This document shows, piece by piece, positions 13,990 through 29,300 of a stretch of 64,000 bases of DNA (position 1 is the stretch's first letter; every line of letters begins with the position of its first letter). The notes under the pieces are model-generated. The model was not told the origin of the DNA. It saw only the letters and a list, made by a program, of their open reading frames with translations, and did not search any database. The position numbers and the translations under genes are program-made. The stretch lies in the NCBI RefSeq assembly GCF_009914755.1, contig NC_060934.1; one strand, written 5' to 3'. The DNA comes from the human T2T-CHM13v2.0 reference genome, Homo sapiens.

Positions 13990-15745
13990 CTTTGGATAAC
14001 TCTTATAGTGGAGGGTAAGCCTGTCCCCTTCTAAATCAATATGGAGGCTACCCACTCCACATTACCTTCTTTTCAAGGGCGTGTTTCCCTTGCCTCCATA
14101 ACTGTTGTGGGTATTGATGGCCAGGTTTCTAAACCTCTTAAAACTCCCCAACTCTGGTGCCAACTTGGACAATATTCTTTTATGCACTCCTTTTTAGTTA
14201 TCCCTACCTGCCCAGCTCCCTTGTTACGTTGAGACATTTTAACTAAATTATCTGCTTTCCTGACTATTCCTGGACTACAGCCACACCTCACTGCTGCCCT
14301 TTTCCCCAGTTCAAAGCCTCCTTTGCATCCTCCCCTTGTTTCTCCCTACCTTAATCCACAAGTATGAGACACCTTCACTCCCTCCTTGGCAACTGATCAT
14401 GCACCCCTTACTATCCCATTAAAACCTCATCACCCTTACCCTGCTTAATGCCAATATCCCATCCCACAGCATGCTTTAAAAGGATTAAAGCCTGTTATCA
14501 CTCGCCTGTTACAGCATGGCCTTTTAAAGCCTATAAACTCTCCTTACAATTGCCCCATTTTACCTGTTCAAAAACCAGACAAGTCTTATAGGTTGGTTCA
14601 GGATCTGTGCCTTATCAACCAAGTTGTCTTGCCTATCCACCCCATGGTGCCAAATCCATATACTCTCCTATCCTCAATACCTCCCTCCACAACCCATTAT
14701 GCTGTTCTAGATAAACCTAGCTGACCCCATAAATCCTAAATCCTTTCCCCACTCCCCTTGCCATTCCTTAAAAAACAGCCCTAAAAGCTGCTCCCACACT
14801 AGCTCTCCTTGAGTCATCCCAACCTTCTTTGTTACACACAGCCGAAGTGTGGGGCTGTGTGGTCGGAATTCTTACACAAGAGCCAGGACCGTGCCCTGTA
14901 GCCTTTCTGTCCAAACAACTTGACCTTACTGTTTTAAGCTGGCTCCCACATTATTCCGGATACCACACCTGACCCCCATGACTGTATCTCTCTGACCCAC
15001 CTGACATTCACTCCATTTCCCCATATTTCCTTCTTTCCTATTCCTCACCCTGATCACACTTGGTTTATTGATGGCAGTTCCACCAGGCCTAATCGCCACT
15101 CACCAGCAAAGGTAGGCTATGCTATAGTATCTTCCACATCTATCATTGAGGCTACTGCTCTGCCCCCCTCCACTACCTCTCAGCAAGCCAAACTCATTGC
15201 CTTAACTCAAGCCCTCACTCTTGCAAAAGGACTACATGTCAATATTTATGCTGACTCTAAATATGCCTTCCATATCCTGCACCACCATGCTGTTATATGG
15301 GCTGAAAGAGGTTTCCTCGCTACGCAAGGGTCCTCCATCATTAATGCCTCTTTAATAAAAACTCTTCTCAAGACTGCTTTACTTCCGAAGGAAGCTGGAG
15401 TCATTCACTGCAAGGGCCATCAAAAGGCATCAGATTCCATCACTCAGGGGAACACTTACGCTGGTAAGGTAGCCAAAGAGGCAGCTAGTGTTCCAACTTC
15501 TGTCCCTCATGGCCAGTTTTTCTCCTTCTCATTGGTCACTCCTATTTACTCTCCCACTGAAGTTTCCACCTATCAATCCCTCTACACTCAACGCAGATGG
15601 TTCTTAGACCAAAAAAAAAAAATCTCCTTCCAGCCTCACAGGCTCATTCTATTCTGTCGTCGTTTCATAACCTCTTGCATGTAGGTTACAAGCTGTTAGC
15701 CCACCTCTTAAAACCTCTCATTTCCTTTCCATCGTGAAAATCCAT
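13990..15745 (+). pseudogene. pol: HERV-H pro-pol pseudogene with internal deletions
   Basis: Protease (ATHSTLPSFQG...VVGIDGQ), RT N-terminus (PILPVQKPDKSYRLVQDL) and RNase H (VNIYADSKYAFHILH). The RT core and most of integrase are missing. Confidence 0.8.
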
Positions 15746-15799
15746 CCCCAGTCCACCACTCTTGACTCCCTCTTGGAGTGGAGAGATGATCTTTGCTGA

Positions 15800-16700
15800 C
15801 AGGACACACTCCAGTACTTTCACCCTGATGAAGTCCTATTCTTTACTTTTATACTCACTCTTATTCTCGTTCCCATTCTTATGCCACCCTCTACCTCTCC
15901 CCAGCTATCTCAACCACGCTATCAATCTCACTCACTCTCTCCTGGCAGTTTCTTTTCTTTTCTTTTTCTTTTTCTTTTTTTTTTGAGATGGAGTCTCACT
16001 CTGTCGCCCAGGCTGGAGTGTGGTGGCGCTATCTCGGTTCACTGCCTCCCGGATTCACACCATTCTCCTGCCTCAGACTCCCAAGTAGCTGTGACTACAG
16101 GTGCCCACCACCATGCCCGGCTAATTTTTTGTATTTTTAGTAGAGACAGCATTTCACTGTGTTAGCCTGGATGGTTTTGATCTCCTGACCTCGTGATCCG
16201 CCCGCCTCAGCCTCCCAAAGTGCTGGGATTACAGGCGTGAGGCACTGCACCCAGCCTCTCCTAGCAGTTTCTAATCCATCTTTAACGAACAATTGCTGGC
16301 TTTGCATTTCTCTTTCCTCCAAAATCACCAAGGCCCTGACTTACTCACTGCTAAAAAAAAGGGGGACTCTATATTTTTAAATGAATAGTGTTGTTTTTAC
16401 CTAAATGAATCTGGCCTGGCATATGACAACATAAAAAAACTCAAGGGTGGAGCCCAAAAACTCGCTAACCAAGCAAATAATTACATTGAACCCCCTTGGG
16501 CACTGTCTAATTAGATGTCCTGGTTACTCCCAATTCTTAGTCCTTTAATACCTATTTTTCTCCTTCTTTTATTTGGACCTTGTGTCTTCCGTTTAGTTTC
16601 TCAATTCATACAAAACTGCCTCCAGGTCATCACCACTAATTCTATATGACAAATGCTCCTTCTAACAACCCCACAGTATCACCCCCACCCCAAAATCTTT
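15800..16700 (+). pseudogene. env: HERV-H env remnant (TM part)
   Basis: About 16316-16405 reads LQNHQGPDLLTAKK-GGL..FLNE*CCFYLN (immunosuppressive domain and CX6CC region), followed by a hydrophobic anchor. Confidence 0.75.
15949..16256 (-). mobile_element. AluY-like, antisense, inside HERV-H env
   Basis: Poly-T then reverse Alu. TSD ctctcctggcagtttct / ctctcctagcagtttct. Confidence 0.92.
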
Positions 16701-16865
16701 CCTCAGTTTAATCTCTCCCACTGTAGGTTCCCACACCACCCCTAATCCCACTAGAAGCAACCCTGAGAAACATCGCCCGTTATCTCTCCATACCACCCCC
16801 CAAAATTTTCACCTCCCCAACACTTCACCATTTTGTTTTTTCTTATTAATATAAGAAGACAGGAA

Positions 16866-17252
16866 TGTCAGGCCTCTGAGCTCAAGCTAAGCCATCATAT
16901 CCCCTGTGACCTGCACATATACATCCAAATGGCCTGAAGCAACTGAAGATCCATAAAAGAAGTGAAAATAGCCTTAACTGATGACATTCCACCATTGTGA
17001 TTTGTTCCTGCCGCACCCTAACTGACACGATATATTCTCCCTCGCCCTTAAGAAGGTACTTTGTAATATTCTCCCCTGCCCTTAAGAAGGTCCTTTGTAC
17101 GCCTAACCCAAACCTATAAGAACTAATGATAATCCCACCACCCTTTGCTGACTCTCTTTTCGGACTCAGTCCACCTGCACCCAGGTGAAATATACAGCCT
17201 TGTTGCTCACACAAAGCCTGTTGGTGGTCTCTTCACGTGGACATGCATGACA
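16866..17252 (+). mobile_element. HERV-H 3' LTR (LTR7B-like, type II repeats)
   Basis: Polypurine tract aagaagacaggaa, then tgtcaggcctctgag..., a tandem atattctccc..gcccttaagaaggt.ctttgta, and the end catgaca. Confidence 0.88.
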
Positions 17253-17469
17253 ATGAGAATGCACGTACACATGGAGGGAAATGACACACATTGGGGCCTG
17301 TCGGGTGGCTTGGGGCGGGGAGAGCAAAAGGAAGAATAGCTAGTGGACACTGGGCTTAATACCTAGGTGACGGGATGATCAGTGCAGCAAACCACCATGG
17401 CACACGTTTACCTATGTAGCAAACCTGCACATCTTGCACATGTACCCCTGAACTTAAAAGTTGAAGAAA
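17253..17469 (+). mobile_element. L1PA (about L1PA11-13) 3' UTR fragment
   Basis: gcagcaaaccaccatggcacacgtttacctatgtagcaaacctgcacatc...gaacttaaaagttgaagaaa. Confidence 0.85.
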
Positions 17470-19371
17470 GGAGTGAAAGCGAAAAATGGTGGATATGAGG
17501 CAGGACTAAATTGCAGCTCCCACTCAGAAAGACAGAGCAGTGTGTAGAAACTCACATAATGAACCTCTGCTCCAAGAACTACCACAGGAACATACCAGGA
17601 AAGCTGAGAGAGTCCACAGACCCTTTGAAGGAAGTGGATTGCTCCTGCAGGCCCTGGGAGACAGACAAAAAACTGTGAGTGCCCAAAGTGTGAAAGGGGG
17701 ATTGTCCACGCCCAAACACACACCCTCACAGGGGAACCTGAAGGTCTAGATCACAGGAGAAGGATTTGACCTTACCTGGAGCAGAGACAAATTTAAAGAG
17801 CCAAGTGAAATACAGGGGTAGAAGAAGCAGCAAGAAGAGCCTGTGGGCTCTCTCAGTCCCCAGAGAAGCCATTTCTGACTTTGTCTCACAGAGGTTCTTG
17901 GGGAGGGCTACCAGAGGAACTGGGAAAAGACCACAGGGAGAAGGAAACTTGCAGTTGAACTTTGTAACAATTTCAACCTAACACGAAGTTTCCCGGACAG
18001 AACTTGGGGGAGGGAGTGAATCGCCAGCGCAGACACAGCACAGAAGCCACAGCAGGTCGGGAGATGCAAAATCTGAATGCCCTGCTTTGCTTTCTCAGCC
18101 AGGAGGCTGGTTGCCTGAGGCAAGTTCTCAGCCCTGCTTACCTGCTGCCTGGAAATAAACTGGGTGCTGTTGTGGCGGCATGGTGGGAATGAGACCAACG
18201 TTTTGGGCTGTATGGGAGCTGAATAAGGCCTATAATGCTGGCTTTCTCACACTTCTCTGGTGACCTGCATGGCACGGCAGAGGCAGCCATAATCCCCCTG
18301 AGAATATAACTCCATTGGCCTGAGAACAACACACCCATCCCCCACAGCAGCCACCACAAGCCCTACCCAAGGAGAGTCTCAGCTCAGACACGCCTAACCC
18401 TGCCCCCACGTGATGGTCTTTCTCTACTCACCCTTGTAGCTGAAGACAAAGGACATAATCTCTTGGGAGCTCTAGGGACCCACCCACTGCCTAATCCTCC
18501 CTATACTACCACAGCTGATGCTCTCTTGAAAGCACCATCTCCTGGCAGGAAGCCAATCAACACAAAACGAGTACAATAAACAAAACTACAACTAAAAACC
18601 CTGACAGAGTCCATTTTACTTCCCTGCCACCTCTAACAAAGCAGGTGCTACTACCCATGGCTGAGAGACCTGAAGATTGTTCACATCACACGACTCTGTG
18701 CAGACACTCCCCAGTACCAGCCTGAAGCCCGGCAGCTCTGCTGGGAGACTAGATCCAGAAGACAAATAACAATCACTACAGTTCAGCTCTCAGGAAGCCA
18801 CATCCCTAGGGGAAGGGGGAGAATACTACATCAAGGTAGCACCCCATGGGACAAAAGAATCTGAACAGCGGCCCTTGAGCCCCAGATCTTCCCTCTGACA
18901 TGGTCTACTCAAATGAAAAGGAACCAGAATAACAATTCTGGTAATATAACAAAACAAGGTTCTTTAACACCCCCCAAAAGATCACACTAGCTCACCTCAC
19001 CAGCAATGGATCCAAACCAAGACGAAATCCCTGAATTACCAGAAGAATTCAGAAGGTCGATTATTAAGCTAATCAAGGAGACACCAGAGAAAGGTAACAA
19101 ACAAATGATACAAGATACAAGGGGAAAAATCCTCAGTGAAATAGCATAAATAAAAAACAATCACAACTTCTGGAAATGAAGGACACACTTACAGAAATAC
19201 AAATATACTGGAAAGTCTCAGCAATAGAATCAAACAAGCAGAAGAAAGAACTTCAGAGCTCAAAGATAAGGTTTTCAAATTAACCCAATCCAACAAACAC
19301 AAAGAAAAAAAATTTTTTTTAAATGAACAAAGCCTCCAAGCAGTTTGTGATTATGTTAAACGACCAAACCT

Positions 19372-19813
<442 letters not shown>

Positions 19814-20231
19814 TCAAAAAACACCTGGGAAATGTATTGCAAAAAGATCATCGCCTAGGCACATAGTCATTAGGTTATCTAAAGTCAAGATGAAGGAAAG
19901 AATCTTAAGAGCTGTGAGGCAAGAGTACCAGGTAACCTATAAAGGAAAATCTATCAGAGTAACAGAGATTTCTCAGCAGAAACCCTAAAAGCTAGAAGGG
20001 ATTGGGGCCCTATCTTTAGCCTCCTTAAATGAAACAATTATCAGCCAAGAAGTTTGTATCCAGCAAAGAAGCCTTCATAAAAATGAAAGATACAGCCTGT
20101 TTCAACAAACAAATGATGAGAGAATTTGCCACTACCAACCCAACACTACAAGAACTGCCAAAAGGAGCACTAAATCTTGAAACAAATCCTCCAAATAAAC
20201 CAAAACAGAACCTCCTTAAAGCATAAATCTC

Positions 20232-20550
<319 letters not shown>

Positions 20551-20706
20551 CTACAAAACAGAAACACAATAAATAAATTGATTAATTAATTAAATAAATA
20601 ATAAATAAATAACAAGGTATTCAGGCAACAAATAGCATGATGAAGAGAATAGTACCTCACATCTCAATACTAACATTGAAGGTAAATGGCCTAAATGCTC
20701 CACTTA

Positions 20707-21081
<375 letters not shown>

Positions 21082-23861
21082 CTAACAACACATAGACCCA
21101 TATAAAATTAAGGTAAAGGAGTGAAAAAAGATATTCCATACAAATGGACACTGAAAGTAAGCAGAAGTGACTATTCTCATATCAGACAAAACAAACTTTA
21201 AAGCAACAGCAGTTAAAAAAGACAAAGAGGGACATTATATAATGATAAAAATAACTTGTCCAACACAAAAATATCAGTCCTAAATATATATATGTAACTA
21301 ACACTGGAGCTCCCAAATTTATACAGCAATTAATACTAGACCTAAGAAATGAAATAGATAGCAACACAATAATAGCAGGGGACTTCAATACTCCACTAAC
21401 AGCACTAGACAGGTCATCAAGACAGAAAGTCAACAAAGAAACAATGGATTTAAACTATACCCTCGAGCAAATGAACTTAATGTTACGCTAGAACTTAATG
21501 AACTTAATGTTTCAGAACATTCTACCCAACAACTGCAGAATACACATTCTTTTCATCATCACATGGAACATAATCCAAGATACACCATATCATAGGCCAC
21601 AAAACAAGCCTCAATAAATTTAAGAAAACTAAAATTATATCAAGTACTCTCTCAGACCACAGCAGAATAAAATTGGAAATCAACTCCGAAAGGAACCCTC
21701 AAAACCATGCAAATATGTGGAAATTAAATAACCTGCTCCTAAACAATCATTGGGTCAACAATGAAATCAACATGGAAATTTAAAAATTCTTTGAACTGAA
21801 CAATAATAGTGACATAACCTAGCAAAACCTCTGGGATACTGCACAGGCAGTGCTAAGAGGAAAGGTCATAGCAGCCTTAAATGCCTACGTGAAAAAGTCT
21901 GAAAGAGCACAAATAGACAATCTTAAGGTCACATCTCAAGGAAGTAAAGAAACAAGAATAAACCAAACCCAAACCCAGCAGAAGAAAAGAAATAACAAGA
22001 TCAGAGAACTAAATTAAGTTGAAACAAAAAAGTACAAAAGATAAATGAAACAGAAAGCTGGTTCTTTGAAAATATAAATAAAATTGATAGAACATTAGCA
22101 AGGTTAACCAAGACAAGAAGAGAGAAAATCCAAATAAGCTCGATTAGAAATGAAATGGGAGATACCACAGAACCAATACCACAGAAATACAAAAAATTAT
22201 TCAAATACAAAAAGATCATACTATGAACACCTTTACGTGCATAAACTAGAAAACCTAGAGGAGATGGATAAATTCCTGGAAATATGCAATCCTCCTAGGT
22301 TAAACTAGGAAGAAATAGATACTCTGAGCAGACCAATAACAAGCAGTGAGATTGAAATGGTAATTTAATAATTGTCAACAAAAAAAAGTCCAGGACCAGA
22401 CAGATGCACAGCTGAAGTCTATCAGACATTCAAAGAAGAATTTGTACCAATCCTACTGACACTATTCCACAAGATAAAGAGAGAATCCTCCCTAAATTAT
22501 TCTATGAAGCCAGTATCACCCTAATACCAAAACAGGAAAGGATATAACAAAAAAAGAAAAACTACAGACCAATATCCCTGATGAACACAGATGCAAAAAT
22601 CCTTATCAAAACACTAGCTAACTGAATCCAACAGTGTATCAAAAAGATAATCCACCATGACCAAGGGGGTTTCATTCCAGGAATTCAGGGATGGTTTAAT
22701 ACATGCAAGACAGTAAATGTGATACACCACATAAATAGAATTAAAAACAAAAATCACATTATCATCTCAATAGATGCAGAAAAAGCATTTGAGAAAATCC
22801 AGCATCTCTTTATGATTAAAACCCTCAACAAAATTGGCATAGAAGGGACATACCTTAATATAATAAAAGTCATCTATGACAGGCCCACAACCAACATAAT
22901 ACCGAATGGGGAAAAGCAGAAAGTACTCCCCCTGAGAACTGGAACAAGACAAGGATGCCCACTCTCACCACTTCTATTCAACATAGTACTGGAAGCCCTA
23001 GCCAGAGCAATCAGACAAGAGGAAGAAATAAAGGACATCCAAATCAGTAAACAGGACATCAGACTGTCAATGTTTGCTGATGACATGACTGTATACATAG
23101 AAAACCCAAAAGACTCATCCAAAAAGCTCCTAGAGCTAGTAAAGGAATTCAGCAAAGTTTCAGGATACGAAATTAATATACAGAAATCAGTAGCTCTGCT
23201 ATACACCAGCAGCAACCAAGCTGAGAATCAAATCAAGAACTCAACCCCTTTTACAATAGCTGTGAAACAAAACAAAACAAAACAAAATTTGGGAATATAC
23301 CTAACCAAGGAAATGAAAGACCTCTACACGGAAAACTACTAAACACTGCTGAAAGAGATCACAGATGACACAAACAAATGGAAACACATCCCATGCTCAT
23401 GGATGGGTAGAATCAATATTGTGAAAATCATCATACCGCCAAAAGCAATCTACAAATTCAATGCAATTCCTATCAAAGTACCACCATCATTCTTCACAGA
23501 ACTAGAGAAAACAAACCTATAATTCATATGGAGCCAAAAAAGAGACCACATAGCCAAAGCAAGGCTAAGCAAAAAGAACAAATCTGGAGATATTACATTA
23601 CCCAACTTCAAACTATACAATAAGGCCATAGCCACCAAAACTGCATGGTTCTGGTATAAAAACAGGGACACAGACCAATGGAACAGAATAGAGAACCCAG
23701 AAATAAAGCCAAAAAGCCACCTGACCTTCAACAAAGCAAACAAAAACATAAGGTGGGGAAAGGACACCCTATTCAACAAATGGTGCTGGGATAACTGGCA
23801 AGCCACATGTAGAAGAATGAAACTGGATCCTCTTCTCTCACATTATACAAAGATCAACACA

Positions 23862-24154
23862 CCTGGGTGCAGTGGCTCACGCCTGTAATCCCAACACTTT
23901 GAGAGGCCGAGGTAGGTGGATCACGAAGTCAGGAGTTCGAGACCGGCCAGGCCAACATGGTGAAACCCCGTCTCTACTAAAAACACAAAAATTAGCCAGG
24001 CATGGTGGCAGACGCCTGTAATCCCAGCTACTCAGGAGGCTAAGGCAGAGAATTGCTTGAACCCGGGAGGTAGAGGTTGCAGTGAGCCCAGATTGCACCA
24101 CTGCACTCCAGCCTGGGCAACAGAGTGAGACTCCATCTCAAAAAAAAAAAAAAA
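23862..24154 (+). mobile_element. AluS
   Basis: Alu dimer. TSD about aaagatcaac / aaaaatcaac. Confidence 0.93.
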
Positions 24155-25935
24155 ATCAACTCAAGATGGACAAAGACAACCTGAATCCATAAAAATTCTA
24201 GAAGGAAACATTGGAAAAACCCTTCTAGACATTGGCTTTGGCAAAGACTTCACAACCAAGAACCCAAAAGCAAATACAACAAAAACAAAGATAAATACAT
24301 GGGAATTAATTAACTGAAAAGCTTCTGCACAGCAAAACAATCAGCAGAGTAAACAGACAGCCCACAGAGTGGGAGAAAATCTTCACAATCTATACATCTG
24401 ACAAAGGACTGATATCCGGAATCTATAAGGAACTTAAACAAATTGCAAGAAAAAAAAAATCCCATCAAAAAGTAGACTAAGGACATGAATAGACAATTCT
24501 TAAAAGAAGATAGACAAATGTTCAACAAACATATGAAAAATTGCTCAACATCACTAATTATCAGGGAAATGCAAATCAAAACCACAATGCGATACCACCT
24601 TACTCCTGCAAGTGTGGGCATAATAAAAAAAAATAAAAAAATAATAGATGTTGGCATGGATGTGGTGAAAAGGGAACACTTTTACACTGCTGGTGGGAAA
24701 GTAAACTAGTACAACCACTATGGAAAACTGTAGAGATTCCTTAAAGAACTAAAAGAAGAACTGCCATGTGATCCAGCAATCCCCCTACTGGGTATCCAGG
24801 GGAAAAGAAGTCATTACTTGAAAAAGATACTTGTACATGCATGTTTATAGCAGCACAATTCAAAATTGCAAAAATATGGAACCAGCCCAAATGCCCATCA
24901 ATCAGCAAGTGGATAAAGAAATTGTGGTATATATCTACCATGGAATACTACTCAGCCATAAAAAGGAACAAAATAAAGACATTTGCAGCAAGCTGGATGA
25001 AATTGGAGAGGATTATTCTAAGTGAAGTAACTCAGGAATAGAAAACTAAACTTTGTATGTTCTCAGTCATAAGTGGGAGCTAAGTTGTGAGGATGCAAAG
25101 GCATAAGAATGATACAATGGACTTTGGGGAATCAGGGAAAAGAGTGAGGGGCATGAGGGATAAAAGACTACACAATGGCTACAGTGTACACTGTTCAGGT
25201 GATGGTTGCATCAAAATCTCAAAAATCACCACTAAAGAACTTATTCACATAACCAAACACTACCTGTTCCCCAAAAACCTATTGAAATAAATAAATAAAT
25301 AAAATTTTTTTAGTTGAAGAAAAAAAATCATGGTCTGAGAATTTTCCTTCTGCCTCTGCCTTTGGCCTAAATGCAATAATTTACAAATGATAGACAAGGA
25401 AAATGTTATCTGAGAAAATTTGGTTCTAAATCTAGGCACTGAAATTTGGGAGAATCAGGTCCAAGACATAAACCAACCCCTAAAGATATGAGACTAGTTT
25501 CCAAGAGAAACAGAGGACATAAGTCTTCTCTCCTGGAATTGCTTGATGCATATATTTAGGCAGAACACATATAAAATGGGCAGAAGGACAGACAGATGGA
25601 TGATGGATGGAAAGATGGATAGACAAACAGATGCAGGGAGGGACAAATAAATGATCCAGTAACTGACAGAACTCTCTTTTAAAAGTGAGTACTACAGGTG
25701 GGAGGGATTGCCCTTTAACCATGAGAGAGACAAAAAGAAGCCATGATCCTTTGGCCAGTGAGAATGTGTGCACTATCTCTGCTGCCAGGGACATAATTTC
25801 TAAGATCCAGTCTGAAACAAGCCTTTACAGAAGAGAAAGGCAAACCCAACATTAATCAATCTGGAGTCATATAACTTCCCTGGTAACATTTGTATAAGTA
25901 AAGAATAGCTACATGCCTATTAACAGTGTAAAGCA

Positions 25936-26219
25936 GGCAGGTGCGGTGGCTCACGCCTGTAATCCCAGCACTTTGGGAGGCCAAGGCAGGCAGATCGCTT
26001 GAGGCCAGGAGTTTGAGACCAACCTGGCCAACATGGCAAAACCCTGTCTCTACTAAAAATACAAAAAATTAGCCAGGCGTGGTGGCCTGCGCCTGTAATC
26101 CCAGCTACTCGGGAGGCTGAGGCAGGAGAATCGTTTGAACCTGGGAGACGGAGGTTGCAGTGAGCAAAGGATCCTACCACTGTGCTCCAGCCTGGAACTC
26201 TGTCTCAAAATAAAAAGAA
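25936..26219 (+). mobile_element. AluS
   Basis: TSD aacagtgtaaagca / aacagtgtaaggca. Confidence 0.92.
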
Positions 26220-26240
26220 ACAGTGTAAGGCAAGAAGTCC

Positions 26241-26310
26241 ACAAACCTGCACGTCCTGCACATGTATCTTGGAACTTAAAATAAAATAAAGTAAAATTTA
26301 AAAAAAACCC
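26241..26310 (+). mobile_element. Short L1PA 3'-terminal fragment
   Basis: acaaacctgcacgtcctgcacatgtatcttggaacttaaaataaaataaag. Confidence 0.75.
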
Positions 26311-29300
26311 TTCAAACAGAAAAGAAATAATTATTTTTAAGACTCAGTTTTCATAAAAATTAACAAAAATTAAAAAGCATTAATAGAGGAGTAAGGTTTT
26401 CCTTCAAATTATTTTTATACTTAAATATGTCAAGCCTGTAGTCTGTGTCCAAATATTTAAAGTGTTAACCATTTAAAAATAAATTTGACTGTCATATACG
26501 TTAAAAAAAAATTCAACCACAAAAAAGAGAGATAACATTTCCAGGAGCAGCTGGATGCTTTCAGAACTTCCCATTCTGTCTGAGATTAGTTATTAGGAGG
26601 CTAAATGCAGCTAATGAAATTCTCTAACAAGGATGGTACTGCAGCTGTCTGAAAAATAACTTCTTTTTAAATTTCCAGAGTAAACTGGAGGAAGTTTTCA
26701 TATAGCATAAAGTCAAACCATACAACATTCATCTGGGAAATATACTTCGCCAAAGCAGACTTAGCTGTCTCACTTACATAGGTGTAACGTTTTAAACTAG
26801 AATAAAATTCTTCAAGGGCACCCTTTTCCAGTCCAGTTCTCGTGAAAATTTTATTATTTAATATCAGAACTGCAAGGTACCTAAGAAATAATTTAATCTA
26901 GCCCTTCATTTTACAGATGTAGAAATTTGGGCTCCTGCAGGGCCAGAGAACAAGTTACTGTAGCAAGTGAGTGACTCAAATTTAGAAAACAGTTCCCCCC
27001 AAATCCAGTATTAGTTCCTTCCAAAAATATCTGGGAAGAGAAAAAAGGTAATGGCTGTTAGAGAACTGAAGTACTTTTGCATTCAGCTTCTAATTTTTTC
27101 GATTAAGATAAAGACAAACTGAGGTGAAATCTTTAAAGTTTATTTTACCGTTTACAGTTAACCCTTTTTATTATTCCTCTTTAGTACATCTCTGTTTTCT
27201 TTGCAGGTGCTCATGCAGATGGCATGAAGCAGGAAGTCCTTCTTGACTCGTACGCCTTAGTACCCCAAGGGTACAGTGACCACATAATGTATTATCTAAC
27301 TTGGGACATTTATGAGCACTGAAGGGAATATTACTAATAAGTAAACAATGACCAACACATAAAGTGGACTTTCTTAGACAAACTGGAACATGTTATGGTC
27401 ACCCTTCTTAAGTATTACCTGCTTTGGTTGTCTGGGCTAAAAACCATCCCAGCAACAGCTCCTCTCCCTTCTTTCCTTTTGAATTTAATCCTGACCCATT
27501 TTACGGCATTCTTCTAATCCTAAACTCCATCCCAAGGATATGTGAAGCCCATGCTCTTTGAATCCTCCCTCTTTCCAACAGTAACATCCGTCTTGGGTCT
27601 TCTCCATACCCTTGCCCCCAACAAAATGATTGTAGTGTTTCCCCTAAGGCAGGCAACATCATCTCTGGTACCAGCTCAGAGCAGGCTCCTTCAGGCCAGA
27701 ACATCTAGGGCATGGGACTGTAAGAGAACCCTTCTATTGGGAATGAAGGGAAGAGATTATTACATGAAGGGGTGGGTGTGGGTGTGTGTATGTGATGTGC
27801 AATCCTGGTAATGTTAATGACTTATTAAAAGCACATCGTATCATGGACATAGATAAGAAAAAAACAGCCAAATAGAAATAACTGAAAATTTGGTTTTATT
27901 AGTAATATTTAATAATGGTAGCATATATACCCAAAACATTAGGATCTTATTCCTTTTATCACACATAGTGCTTCGCCTGTAGTAAATGCCCAATAATTAT
28001 GTTGAAAAATGAATAAAACTAATTTTTGAATTATTACATATAAATACAATATTCGTTGGAACAACAATCATAACAACTCCATTTAGTAACAACTACAGTG
28101 AGCCAGACACTATATACTCGGTGCTTCATATACATTTTCTCTACTAATGCCTATTTACACTACAACCCAATAATTATTCTTTGTATCACTAAATGTCTTT
28201 ATTTCATTAGCAAAGAAAACTCTATAGAAAAGTATTAAAATTGCATAGTTGGGTGTTTGTGTGGCATGGTTGTCTAGCCATCACTTTTTAAAGAATTTTG
28301 CTTCCAGCCCAGGGTTTTTCACTACACATTAATCTCTTTCATATATATGTCTCAAATAACCTATTAGCCCCTTATTTTCTCTAGTGCTCTCATCTGAACA
28401 TTCATAACCTCATACAAATTATATTTATAATGTTCTTTTATGCATTCCAGAATTCTTTTTACATCTTTTTTTTAATCTACGCTTGGAGTCTTGAAATCCC
28501 CATAACTGATAAATAGGATAAGCTGCTATTAGTAATAGCAGACAAGAAACAATATTGAGTTCTCTGCAGAGGTTGTTAAATCAGGCACAATGACACAAAT
28601 ACAAAAACAGGCAAATTCTTTTTTATTCAAGCCACAGGGGTGCCATTTAGTTCTACAGAAGTACCCTAGTATGTCAAATTAGATGCCGTGGAGTGACTTA
28701 GGTACTGGAAAGAATACTGTAATATAAAAATATTATCCTACTATAATAATATTTGAGCATATTTGTAAATTTAAAATAACGCCAAAACTGCTGATTGAAA
28801 CCATTTATACTTCTGTCACCCGCTTAGAATAGAAATATTAAATTATGGTGCTATATTACCCAGTCATAAGCTAAATTACCACGTCAATTCTGAAAGAATG
28901 GGACAGAGGCGACAATGGATAGTGACTGCCATCTTGTGGGTTTTTATCTAATTACAGGGAAACTACTTAAGGCAGACATTTGAAAATTGCTAGGAGTTAA
29001 TTTATCACCCGTTCAAATCAAGATATCCCGTGGGGATATAAATAACATAAAAACAATCATCTCTATCATATCATCTTATGGCTTTATAAAGTCAAAATTG
29101 TGCACACAGGTGCACATGCATGCAAAAATATAAGTTAAAAACCATAGATAATCTCATTAATTCTCCTGGGATGTTTACACCACTTTGAGAAAATCAGCAT
29201 TTTATTCTGTTTTGCTGTGGACAGCAGAGTTAGAACCAACAAGTAAAAAGTAAACGAAAATAAGGTTTTTGGCTCAGTTTAAGGAAAAGTCTGCCAAGTA

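Larger units (their letters stand above)
12143..17252 (+). mobile_element. HERV-H provirus with a truncated 5' LTR, decayed gag-pro-pol, env remnant and a full 3' LTR
   Basis: R/U5 remnant at 12143-12209, PBS at 12212-12229, splice donor CAG/GTAAGC at 12350, gag ATG at 12712, zinc knuckle CFKCQKSGH, RNase H WFIDGSS, and the env immunosuppressive domain. Confidence 0.92.

Noticed and set aside
22719-23342. 207-aa reverse transcriptase ORF as a functional gene
   Set aside because: It is a fragment of L1PB ORF2, surrounded by stops, frameshifts and Alu insertions.
26778-26880. Possible 103-nt minus-strand exon (ttag|...|gtaagt) with one open frame
   Set aside because: The acceptor falls within a MIR-like fragment, and its phase is incompatible with the upstream candidate micro-exon.
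27150-27300. Strong plus-strand acceptor (tctgttttctttgcag|G at 27206/27207)
   Set aside because: There is no convincing donor or ORF downstream, and isolated acceptors are common.
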